DNA from: Bacillota bacterium
Lineage (GTDB): Bacteria; Bacillota; Desulfotomaculia; Desulfotomaculales; JBFMEU01
Direction: 5' to 3'
Assembly: GCA_040753155.1 (NCBI GenBank)
Contig: JBFMEU010000005.1
Location: forward strand, 1-60,542
Length of the DNA: 60,542 nt
Shown here: positions 20,878 to 28,660 of the stretch, piece by piece
How the letters are laid out: the number at the start of each line of letters is the position of its first letter
Numbering within the stretch: position 1 is the stretch's first letter
Position numbers and translations under genes: made by a program
The notes under the pieces: generated by a model
Database searches by the model: none
Told to the model about the DNA's origin: nothing
The model's input: only the letters and a program-made list of their open reading frames with translations

Positions 20878-21507
20878 CTAGTAACTTGGGCCGGGGAACC
20901 ATGACTGCAGTAACGAGACAACAGCTCTAAAACTGTCACTATTTTGCCAGTCAACTAGACTGGCTACCCTGGCAATCTCCTCAAAGTCCTTGGGAGAGAT
21001 AGTTCTTCTGGCCTTCTCAATACACACATACTCAAAAAGTTCTTTTGGCTGCTCTTGCTTGACTCTAGCCACAGTTGTATTTTTCTTTTTGACATATTCT
21101 TCAACCCAAATTTGCAGGTCAGCAGTTGATATGCCTAAACGTTTGCAAAGGGAGGCCTCATTATGCCAGAGCCATTCCTCCAGTTCAGGTACCAGAACCA
21201 CTGCCCCCGAGTCTCCCTGCCAGGTAACCAGGTTCAGGCGTTCTTGCACGATCTCTATACACCGCCGGGGCTCAAGGCTATCAAATCCGCTTCCGTGATG
21301 GTCCCAGATCAGCAGTACCTTATGATATTTCCCTTTATACCTGCGGACAAATACATGTCCATCTTTGACCACCCCGGAATCACGCATTGTATGCCTGTAC
21401 ACATCAAAGGCAACCGGGCGGATGCCAATGAACATATGCCGTTTTAAAACAGACGTCATAGCTGCCATGGCGTCAGCATCGGCAGTTAGCACAAAAAGGT
21501 CTTTCAT
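20878..21507 (-). CDS. Mad4-like / TOPRIM-like partner of a defence ATPase
   Basis: MKDLFVLTAD, IGIRPVAFD, RDSG, WDHHGSG, PELEEWLW, PKE; overlaps the ATPase stop. Family recalled from the MADS Mad4 pattern, not searched. Confidence 0.6.
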   Translation of the reverse strand: MKDLFVLTADADAMAAMTSVLKRHMFIGIRPVAFDVYRHTMRDSGVVKDGHVFVRRYKGKYHKVLLIWDHHGSGFDSLEPRRCIEIVQERLNLVTWQGDSGAVVLVPELEEWLWHNEASLCKRLGISTADLQIWVEEYVKKKNTTVARVKQEQPKELFEYVCIEKARRTISPKDFEEIARVASLVDWQNSDSFRAVVSLLQSWFPGPSY

Positions 21508-22730
21508 CCAAGCACCCCCGAGGCAAAAACGGTGGCCAGATCAGGGTAGCCGTCCCAATCTTTTAGCTCGGGGTGTTTCTTCCCCGGGATTATATGGGTT
21601 CCGTTCTCGTCCCGGGCAAAAATAAGCAATACCTTTCCCTCCACCTGCTGCACCACCAGGGGAGAGTGGGTGGCCACCAGCATTTGCGCCCCCGGTATGG
21701 CGGAGAGGGAACGGATGATTATCTCAATGGCCCGGGGGTGTACGCCGTTTTCAGGTTCTTCCACCATGTAAATCCCCGGCTTTGGCGGCAGGAAGGCCAG
21801 CAGGGAAAGGGCAAGCATGCGCAGCGTTCCGTCACTGAGCAGCCAATTGGGACAACGAAAGCCGTTTTTATACCTGAGAACAATATATTCGGCATTGTCA
21901 GGCTCCCTTTTGGCCCAGCCAATCTCGTCAATATCCTCAATGGCAAAACGCAGGTGGTCTGTCCACCGCTCCAAAGCTTCGGTTCTATTGACCTTTTCCA
22001 CATTTCTGGACCTGCCGTTATGCTCTCCCCGCAGGTACCCTACAACCCTGGCCAGGTTTGTGCCATCCAGCTTAAGTTCCGTGGAACTGGTGGCGAGGCA
22101 GGGCTCACGCATGGCCCTGCTGTTCAGCTGGATATACTGAACCCCCTGCATCAGGAAATCCTTTACGACATTGGCCGTGGGATACCGCTCTTCGTCAGGA
22201 GGTGTGAAGGACAAAGCTGGCTTGTCAAGGCCGAAGGTAAAGCTGTCTTGATACCCCCCATTCTCGCGCCGATAAAAGTCCGTCCCCTTGGAAGTCTTGC
22301 CCAGCAGCCGGCGTGGTTTTAGCTTAGGGCTAAATTCAAGATTTTTACCCGCCGGCGCCCACTTCTTTAAAAACTCTTTGAGAATTTCATCATCTATGCG
22401 TACGCCCAATTGCTCATCTTCGGCCACAGCCAGGCGGTATAACAATAGTTTGCCCTGCTGGGAATCTATAACGTTACCCATGTCCAGCCACAACTCAATT
22501 TCTATCGGGCCGCCCTGCCTCATAAATGTAAGGTCACGGAATTCCGGGGCCCGTTTTTCCACAGCTTTCCGGGGCCCGTTTTCAAGGCAGTCCTTAACAA
22601 ACTGTAGGGCATCCAGAAAAGTGCTTTTACCGCTGGCATTTGGCCCGACCAGAACATGGAATCTGTTCAGCGACAGATTCTTCAGGGATTTTATAGCTTT
22701 ATAGTTTTTGACAGTTATGCCGGCAATCAT
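21504..22730 (-). CDS. ABC/AAA_21-type defence ATPase (Mad3-like)
   Basis: VGPNASGKST, LSDGT signature, MVEEPENGVHP, ATHSP. Confidence 0.85.
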   Translation of the reverse strand: MIAGITVKNYKAIKSLKNLSLNRFHVLVGPNASGKSTFLDALQFVKDCLENGPRKAVEKRAPEFRDLTFMRQGGPIEIELWLDMGNVIDSQQGKLLLYRLAVAEDEQLGVRIDDEILKEFLKKWAPAGKNLEFSPKLKPRRLLGKTSKGTDFYRRENGGYQDSFTFGLDKPALSFTPPDEERYPTANVVKDFLMQGVQYIQLNSRAMREPCLATSSTELKLDGTNLARVVGYLRGEHNGRSRNVEKVNRTEALERWTDHLRFAIEDIDEIGWAKREPDNAEYIVLRYKNGFRCPNWLLSDGTLRMLALSLLAFLPPKPGIYMVEEPENGVHPRAIEIIIRSLSAIPGAQMLVATHSPLVVQQVEGKVLLIFARDENGTHIIPGKKHPELKDWDGYPDLATVFASGVLG

Positions 22731-22874
22731 AGATCCACCCCCTATCACCACAGTCTTACTGCTTGCTTAAACTACCTGTTCCTCTGAAAATCCACATAAT
22801 ACTATCGTTATGCTTTAATTAAAATATCTGCTCTAAACATGGCCAAATTTTACCGCACCGGCCAGGAGCACCTC

Positions 22875-23096
22875 TTACAGATCCACCTCATTCAAAATTT
22901 TTTTCAGGACCAGCAATTCCTCCCTGGTCAAGGTGACACCCTTGCCCATCTTATTATGATCGGGTGACCACTCCCGGAGATCGAACTTCGGCTCTTTGTC
23001 GTTCCAGCTGACAAGGTTAAGCTCCTTGGTCCAGCCCCTTGCTGATTGAGACAGGATGCCTATGTTTTGCTTGATTTCAAATTTTATATCTGGCAT
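22875..23096 (-). CDS. YdbC/PC4-like ssDNA-binding protein
   Basis: GWTKELNLVSWN..PKFDLREW..KMGKGVTL. Confidence 0.9.
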   Translation of the reverse strand: MPDIKFEIKQNIGILSQSARGWTKELNLVSWNDKEPKFDLREWSPDHNKMGKGVTLTREELLVLKKILNEVDL

Positions 23097-23114
23097 GCTT
23101 GTGCCCCCCTATAG

Positions 23115-23348
23115 TTATATCTTAGAATTAACCTCATTCTGACACATCAATTTAGTTTGCTCCATCACAACATCCACTGCTTTAGCCGTTTTATCAGGCG
23201 GGTATAAAACTGAAATAAACTCCAGTCGGGCCAGGTCGGAAACATAAACAATGTTTTCTGGATCCGTTATCAGGTCTGTAACTATTTCAGAACCCTGCTC
23301 CTCATAAAAGAACTTGACTAGAGCGGAAGTGTCAAAGAAAAGGTTCAT
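23115..23348 (-). pseudogene. Chimera of a VapC/PIN N-terminus and the HsdR C-terminal tail
   Basis: FFDTSALVK..EEQGS PIN start; 23134-23204 identical to hsdR 12744-12814 ([23 protein letters not shown]). Confidence 0.85.
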
Positions 23349-23560
23349 ACGCGTTCATTTCTCTCTTCTGCGATGCTGTCACTAAGTGATCCTTGACAAT
23401 TCCTCAACGCATTGCGGGTACGCAAATAACCTTTACTTGTTTTTTTGGGCTCTGCCCTTTCTTCTTGCTTCTTGAGGGTTAGTACAAGATCATAAACTCG
23501 CAGAATGTTATGTGAGCCAAGGGATTCTATTTCCTTGATCAACCGCTTTTTAGCATGCAT
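23345..23560 (-). CDS. Putative antitoxin partner of the PIN gene
   Basis: Small ORF ending SLSDSIAEERNERV and overlapping the PIN start (ATGA). Confidence 0.6.
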   Translation of the reverse strand: MHAKKRLIKEIESLGSHNILRVYDLVLTLKKQEERAEPKKTSKGYLRTRNALRNCQGSLSDSIAEERNERV

Positions 23561-23651
23561 AAAACACACCACCTTAAAACCAATATATCACAGGGTAAAC
23601 CCAGCGACAAGGATTCGGCTTTCTTAATTGAAAGTCCAACTGTCCGCATTT

Positions 23652-23688
23652 ATATTATCACGCTTAGCAAAATGAATAAAGATTCATT
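23652..23688. repeat. 37 bp direct repeat A, copy 2
   Basis: Identical to 7808-7844. Confidence 0.9.
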
Positions 23689-23689
23689 A

Positions 23690-23794
23690 GCCTGGAGAGT
23701 TGGCGACTGGCATGTGACCTTCCGGTACCGTTTTGAAGACCATGAAGTTCACATTGCTGAAGTAGTACACCGGAGCAAAGCGTATCGCTGGTAA
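23690..23794 (+). pseudogene. RelE/ParE toxin C-terminal fragment
   Basis: WRVGDWHVTFRY...VHIAEVVHRSKAY*, starting right at repeat A. Confidence 0.65.
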
Positions 23795-23895
23795 AGGAAG
23801 AAATCAAAATGTGGCCCAAAAGGCCCAGAAAGAGGACGGAATTAAGGACAAATGAGAACGTATCTAGATACGTGTAAATGGTTAAAACTACCATA

Positions 23896-23952
23896 CAAAA
23901 GAGGACAGGCTGCTATTTTCGCTTTGCGAAAAAGCTGCCTGTCCTCTTTTTG
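23896..23952. terminator. Long hairpin, family B
   Basis: AAAAGAGGACAGGCTGCTATTTTCGC-ttt-GCGAAAAAGCTGCCTGTCCTCTTTT. Confidence 0.7.
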
Positions 23953-23991
23953 GTCTGGCTCAAAAAAACCAGGGCTTTCTGTGTGCTTGAC

Positions 23992-24147
23992 CTAAGCTTG
24001 TTTCTCGAAGGCGTCCTTGCCCACACCGCACACGGGACAAACCCAGTCCTCGGGCAGGTCTTCAAAAGCTGTGCCGGGGGCCACTCCGTCGGCGCCTTCC
24101 GCCGGGTCATAAACATAGCCGCAAACTGTGCATTCCCACTTATCCAT
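23992..24147 (-). CDS. Rubredoxin, 51 aa, not in the ORF track
   Basis: [41 protein letters not shown]. Confidence 0.97.
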   Translation of the reverse strand: MDKWECTVCGYVYDPAEGADGVAPGTAFEDLPEDWVCPVCGVGKDAFEKQA

Positions 24148-24154
24148 GGCACTG

Positions 24155-24202
24155 CCTGGTTTCTAAAGCATACGCCTATAAACCAGGAATTTTCACCTCC
24201 TT
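24155..24202 (-). other. SD plus hairpin insert resembling a miniature TnpB RNA end, in the rubredoxin leader
   Basis: AAGGAGG-TGAAAATT-CCTGGTTT-ataggcgtatgcttt-AGAAACCAGG-cagtgcc-ATG. Confidence 0.65.
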
Positions 24203-24217
24203 CTTTGTAGATTTTTG

Positions 24218-24288
24218 AAATAGGCATCTGGCAAACGACAAAATTTTAGGTTCAGGCAGTTAATTCAGAAAGATTATTGACTGTCGTG
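24218..24288. repeat. 71 bp direct repeat B, native copy overlapping the nadE stop
   Basis: Matches 20499-20569. Confidence 0.9.
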
Positions 24289-25929
24289 CCAGCCCCGGGC
24301 CACGGGCATCCTGCGCCCCGGCCCGAAGGCCTTGGTGGTAACCCGCAGTCCGGGGGGCGCCTGCATCCGCTTGTATTCGGCCCGGTCAACCTTTTTTGCG
24401 ATTTCCCCGGCTATAGACGGGCTGCAGCCTGCAGCAACAATTTCCCCCGGACCCCGGCCCTCCTCAATGTACGCCTGGAGCACTTCATCCAGCAAGTCAT
24501 AGGGCGGCAGGGAATCACTGTCCTTCTGGCCGGGCCTGAGTTCCGCCGACGGGGCCTTGTCAATACTGCTGCGGGGAATTATTTCGCCGGACTGGTTAAT
24601 GTGGCGGGCCAGCTGGTACACACCGGTTTTGGACACGTCCGAGAGCACCGCCAGCCCGCCGCACATATCGCCATACAGGGTGCAGTAGCCCACCGCCAGT
24701 TCGGACTTGTTCCCGGTGGTTAAAACCAGGTGCCCCTCCCGGTTGGAGATAAACATCAGGATACTGCCCCGGATCCGGGCCTGGATATTTTCCTCGGCCA
24801 GGTCCTGCTGGGGCTGCCGGCTGCTGTTAAGGGTGCCCAAAAAGGCGGCAAACATACTTTCAATGGGCACTTCCCGGTACTCGATGCCCAGGTTTTGGGC
24901 CAGGTCCCGGGCATCGGCCAAGCTGCCGGGGGAGGAGTAGCGGGACGGCATGGCCACCCCCAGCACCCGGCCGGGGCCCAGCGCCTCCACGGCCAGGGCG
25001 CAGGTTACGGCAGAGTCAATACCCCCGCTCAGGCCCACCACGGCACTGCTAAAGCCGATCTTGCGCAGGTAGTCCCGGATCCCCAACACCAGGGCGCTGC
25101 GGAGCCAGCCCGCATCTTCCGGTCCCTCGACCCCGGCTGCCGCCAGGCCCGGCTCATGGCCCCCGGCCAGCACATCCGTATCCACCAGCACCAGGTCCTC
25201 CCTGAATGAAGCGGCCCGGGCTACTACCGCCCCTGAGGCGTCCAGAGCCAGGCTGGAGCCGTCGAAAACCAAATCATCGTTGGCCCCCACCTGATTCACA
25301 TACAAAATGCCCCGCCGGTGCTTCCGGGCCAGGCTGCCCAGCATGGCGGCCCGGACCGCATACTTGCCCAGGTGGTAAGGGGAGGCGGAGATATTAATGA
25401 TTAGTTCGGCGCCCCCGGCCACCAGTTCCTGCACCGGGTCAACCTCGTACCGCGCCCGGCTCCAAGAGTCCTTGTCATTCCAGATATCCTCGCAAATAGT
25501 CAGGCCCAGCCCAATGCCCCGCCAGGGAGTCACTTTTCTTGAACGGGCCGGCTTAAAATACCTGGCTTCATCAAACACGTCATACTCGGGAAGCAAACTC
25601 TTGCAGCCCCGGGCCCGGATCGCATCATCCTCCACCAGCAGGGCCGCATTATACAAGACGCCGTCATCCCCCCGCGCCGGCGCCCCCACCACCGCCGCCA
25701 CACCCCGGCAGGCCGGCAAAATCATGGACTGCAGCACAATCTCCGCCGCATCCAAAAAATCCTTGCGGCACAGCAGGTCCCGGGGCGGGTACCCGGTTAG
25801 AGCCAGCTCCGGAAACACGGCCAGGCCTGCGCCGGCAGCTTTGGCCTGCTCCAAGCAGCGCGTAATCAGGGCGGCATTTCCCCGCAGGTCACCCACCGTT
25901 GGATTAATTTGGGCCAGCGCAATTTTCAT
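24274..25929 (-). CDS. nadE: Glutamine-dependent NAD+ synthetase
   Basis: Nitrilase domain (FPEL, ICEDIW) plus SGGIDS, ENIQARIRG, TGNKSE, PSAEL. Confidence 0.97.
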   Translation of the reverse strand: MKIALAQINPTVGDLRGNAALITRCLEQAKAAGAGLAVFPELALTGYPPRDLLCRKDFLDAAEIVLQSMILPACRGVAAVVGAPARGDDGVLYNAALLVEDDAIRARGCKSLLPEYDVFDEARYFKPARSRKVTPWRGIGLGLTICEDIWNDKDSWSRARYEVDPVQELVAGGAELIINISASPYHLGKYAVRAAMLGSLARKHRRGILYVNQVGANDDLVFDGSSLALDASGAVVARAASFREDLVLVDTDVLAGGHEPGLAAAGVEGPEDAGWLRSALVLGIRDYLRKIGFSSAVVGLSGGIDSAVTCALAVEALGPGRVLGVAMPSRYSSPGSLADARDLAQNLGIEYREVPIESMFAAFLGTLNSSRQPQQDLAEENIQARIRGSILMFISNREGHLVLTTGNKSELAVGYCTLYGDMCGGLAVLSDVSKTGVYQLARHINQSGEIIPRSSIDKAPSAELRPGQKDSDSLPPYDLLDEVLQAYIEEGRGPGEIVAAGCSPSIAGEIAKKVDRAEYKRMQAPPGLRVTTKAFGPGRRMPVARGWHDSQ

Positions 25930-26032
25930 AGACAACCCCCCCCGTATTCTCGGGGCATTCTGACTCCTGACTCCTGAGTAGTACTATTCTCCAATTATTA
26001 TAAAGCAGACCCGCCCCAGTGGCAACAGTCCG

Positions 26033-26083
26033 AAAAAGGCTGCTGCCGGCGCCTTTCCACGGGGGCCAGGCGCCGGCAGCAGT
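26033..26083 (-). terminator. Intrinsic terminator after the second PII gene
   Basis: CTGCTGCCGGCGCC..GGCGCCGGCAGCAG followed by TTTTT on the minus strand. Confidence 0.65.
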
Positions 26084-26105
26084 AACCCTGCCTCAATTAT
26101 AGAAG

Positions 26106-26444
26106 TTAGATCGCAGCCTCGCCCCTTTCACCGGTGCGAATGCGCATGGCATCTTCCACCTTGCTCACAAAAACTTTTCCGTCCCCGATATCCCCGGTCA
26201 TGGCCGCGGAGCGGATCAACCGCAGCACATCTTCCGTGAGGTTATCACTGATTACAATCTCCAGCTTCACCTTGGGCAGCAGGTTAATGCTGTATTCCGT
26301 ACCCCGGTAAACCTCGGTGCGGCCCTTTTGCAGGCCGCAGCCGATCACCTGGAATACCGTCATGCCCTGGATACCGAACTTGCTCAGAGCATCCTTTACA
26401 TCTTCAAGCTTCCCCGGCCTGATAATACACTCAACCTTGGTCAT
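26106..26444 (-). CDS. glnK: PII nitrogen regulator
   Basis: G.G.QKG..YRG.EY..LLPKVK, TG.IGDGKVF. Confidence 0.95.
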   Translation of the reverse strand: MTKVECIIRPGKLEDVKDALSKFGIQGMTVFQVIGCGLQKGRTEVYRGTEYSINLLPKVKLEIVISDNLTEDVLRLIRSAAMTGDIGDGKVFVSKVEDAMRIRTGERGEAAI

Positions 26445-26488
26445 CTACCTCACTCCTTATAAAATCTTTTTTCAGGGGTTTATCTTCT

Positions 26489-27880
26489 TTATAATTCCGG
26501 CTTCCGGGCGGACAGGGAGGCCCCGGTCAGCACACTGCCATCCAGGTGGCCCAGGCCGGTGACGTTGGCCGGGCGCAGAATAAAGTCCCCGTAAGCCTCC
26601 ATACCGTGCTCCGCCAAGTCCAGGCCTTCCAACTCCTCCTCGGCCGGCGCCCGCAGCCCCACCACCAGGTCAATGGCCTTGAAGACAATGAAGCCAAGGG
26701 TAAGGGTCCAGACCAATACCGCTGCGATACCAATCAACTGCACCCCCAGCAGGCCCGCGCCGCCGCCGTAGAACAAGCCGCCGTCCACAGCCAGCAACCC
26801 AACCGCCGCCGTGCCCAGGACACCGCACACACCGTGCACCGAAATAGCGCCCACCGGGTCGTCAACTTTCAGCACCTTATCAAAGAACTCCACCGCCAGC
26901 GGCAGGATACAACCCGCAACCAGCCCCACCAGCAGTGCTCCAATGGGGGCCAGAGCCGCCGCGCCGGCGGTTATACCCACCAGGCCGGCCAGGGCGCCAT
27001 TGAGGGTGATGGCCATGTCCGGCTTGCCATAGCGCAGCCAGGTGAGGATCATGGTGGCCACAACACCGGCTGAGGCTGCCAGCATGGTGTTGGTTATGAT
27101 CAGGCCGGTGCTGAGGTTGGTGCCGGCCAGGGTGCTGCCCCCGTTAAACCCGAACCAGCCAAACCACAGGAGCAGCGTGCCCAGGGTGCCCATGGCAATG
27201 CTGTGGCCGGGCAGTGCCCGCACCTCACCGTTCTTACCGTACTTGCCCAGGCGCGCGCCCACCAGCCAGGCGCCCACCAGGGCTGACCAGGCGCCCACAC
27301 TGTGGACCACCGTGGAGCCGGCGAAGTCAATAAAGCCAAGGTTGAACAGCCAGCCATCACCGTTCCAGACCCAGTGCGCCACCACCGGATAGGTAAGGGC
27401 GGTGACAAATACCGTGAAGAGCAGGTAGGCCTGAAACTTGGTCCGCTCGGCCATGGCGCCGGACACGATGGTGGCGGCGGTGCAGGCGAATACAGCCTGG
27501 AAGAACCAGAAGGCATGGAGCGGAATACCGGTATCCCAATTCTCAATGCCGGCCAGGGCAAAGCCCCTGGTGCCGAAAAAGCCGGCAAAGCTGTCTCCGA
27601 AGGCGATGGCGAACCCCACCAGAAAAAACAGGATAGCGCCTAAGGAAATGGTGGATAAATTCTTCATCATAATGTTAACGGTGTTCTTGGCCCTGGAAAA
27701 ACCCGCCTCCAGCATAGTGAAGCCGGCGTGCATTAAAAATACCAGGCAGGCGCACAGGAGAACCCAGATTGTATCAATGGCCAGGGCGTTGGATTCGGCG
27801 GTGGGACCTTCGGCCAGGGCCGCCCCCGGAAAAATCATGGTCAGCCCCAAAGCCATAATAACTGTTAAAATTCTCAACAT
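26489..27880 (-). CDS. amtB: Ammonium transporter
   Basis: DFAGSTVVH, WFGWFGFNGGS, DDPVGAISVHG. Confidence 0.97.
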   Translation of the reverse strand: MLRILTVIMALGLTMIFPGAALAEGPTAESNALAIDTIWVLLCACLVFLMHAGFTMLEAGFSRAKNTVNIMMKNLSTISLGAILFFLVGFAIAFGDSFAGFFGTRGFALAGIENWDTGIPLHAFWFFQAVFACTAATIVSGAMAERTKFQAYLLFTVFVTALTYPVVAHWVWNGDGWLFNLGFIDFAGSTVVHSVGAWSALVGAWLVGARLGKYGKNGEVRALPGHSIAMGTLGTLLLWFGWFGFNGGSTLAGTNLSTGLIITNTMLAASAGVVATMILTWLRYGKPDMAITLNGALAGLVGITAGAAALAPIGALLVGLVAGCILPLAVEFFDKVLKVDDPVGAISVHGVCGVLGTAAVGLLAVDGGLFYGGGAGLLGVQLIGIAAVLVWTLTLGFIVFKAIDLVVGLRAPAEEELEGLDLAEHGMEAYGDFILRPANVTGLGHLDGSVLTGASLSARKPEL

Positions 27881-27990
27881 AATGGCAACTCCTTTCAATA
27901 TCCAAATCTGCTTATCTTTGTTTGACATCTATACTAAACACCTGGAGACCGGCCGGCACCATGCCGTTAACCAGGCGATTCCACTCCAAC

Positions 27991-28060
27991 AAATAAGGGC
28001 GCCGCGGAAGTTCAGAAACTTCCGGCGGCGCCCTCGCCCTTCAAGTACAGTCGTTGTACA
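27991..28060 (-). promoter_or_regulatory. Degenerate ANTAR-type dual hairpin and terminator upstream of amtB
   Basis: GTAC-AACGACT-GTAC and GGC-GAGGGC-GCC, the latter overlapping the AGGGCGCC..GGCGCCCTTATTT terminator. Confidence 0.45.
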
Positions 28061-28100
28061 ATTCATTTAACGGTATCCACCCGGGGTATTTCCGGGGAGG

Positions 28101-28439
28101 TTAAATAGCCTCGTCTCCGGACTCGCCGGTTCTTACCCGCACCGCGTTTTGCACATCGTACACAAAGATCTTGCCGTCTCCCACCTCACCGGTGCGGGCG
28201 GTGTCGGCAATGAGCTGCATTACCTCATCAACCAGGTTATCCCGGATGACCAGTTCCAGCTTCACCTTGGGCAACAGGTTGATATCATACTTGTGCCCCC
28301 GGTAGACCCCGGTTCTGCCCCGCTGCAATCCCGCGCCCATGACCTGGCTCACCGTCATCCCGTGAATCCCGAAACGCCCCAGGGCTTCCTTAACCACTTC
28401 AAATTTAGCCGGGCGGACAATGGCTTCAATTTTCTTCAT
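28101..28439 (-). CDS. glnK: PII nitrogen regulator
   Basis: MKKIEAIVRP..GMTVSQVMG..YRG..LLPKVK..GDGKIF. Confidence 0.95.
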   Translation of the reverse strand: MKKIEAIVRPAKFEVVKEALGRFGIHGMTVSQVMGAGLQRGRTGVYRGHKYDINLLPKVKLELVIRDNLVDEVMQLIADTARTGEVGDGKIFVYDVQNAVRVRTGESGDEAI

Positions 28440-28454
28440 TACTTTCCCTCCCAA

Positions 28455-28523
28455 AATATATAAAGCCCCACCCGCAAAGCGGAAGTGGGACTTCATTGCC
28501 CAAGTGACACATCCTTGTGTCAC
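28455..28523 (-). promoter_or_regulatory. ANTAR-type antitermination leader
   Basis: Hairpins ACAC-AAGGAT-GTGT and GGC-AATGAA-GTC (hexaloops with A1/G4); the second overlaps the 5' arm of a terminator ending GTGGGGCTTTATATTTT. Confidence 0.75.
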
Positions 28524-28613
28524 GTCTTTAATTACTGTACACTATACTCTATTAACTTCCATAAATCAATACCCTGGAAACTAATTTTTTACTAACGATA
28601 ACGCCGTGCCTCC

Positions 28614-28648
<35 letters not shown>

Positions 28649-28660
28649 TAGTTACATTTT

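Noticed and set aside
20878..22730. Complete MADS system
   Set aside because: No Mad6 kinase or Mad7/Mad8 equivalents in the window; only the ATPase-partner pair resembles MADS
23555..23794. 79 aa ORF sharing IITLSKMNKDS with ORF 7759-7983
   Set aside because: The shared peptide is a translation of repeat A; only the 3' RelE-like fragment looks real
23966..23973. Other AAACCAGG/CCTGGTTT hits (also within nadE, acs and etfA)
   Set aside because: They lack the paired arm, the GGAGGTGAAA prefix and an adjacent start codon
28504..28523. GlnR/TnrA box
   Set aside because: The palindrome does not fit TGTNA-N7-TNACA and is better explained as the first ANTAR hairpin
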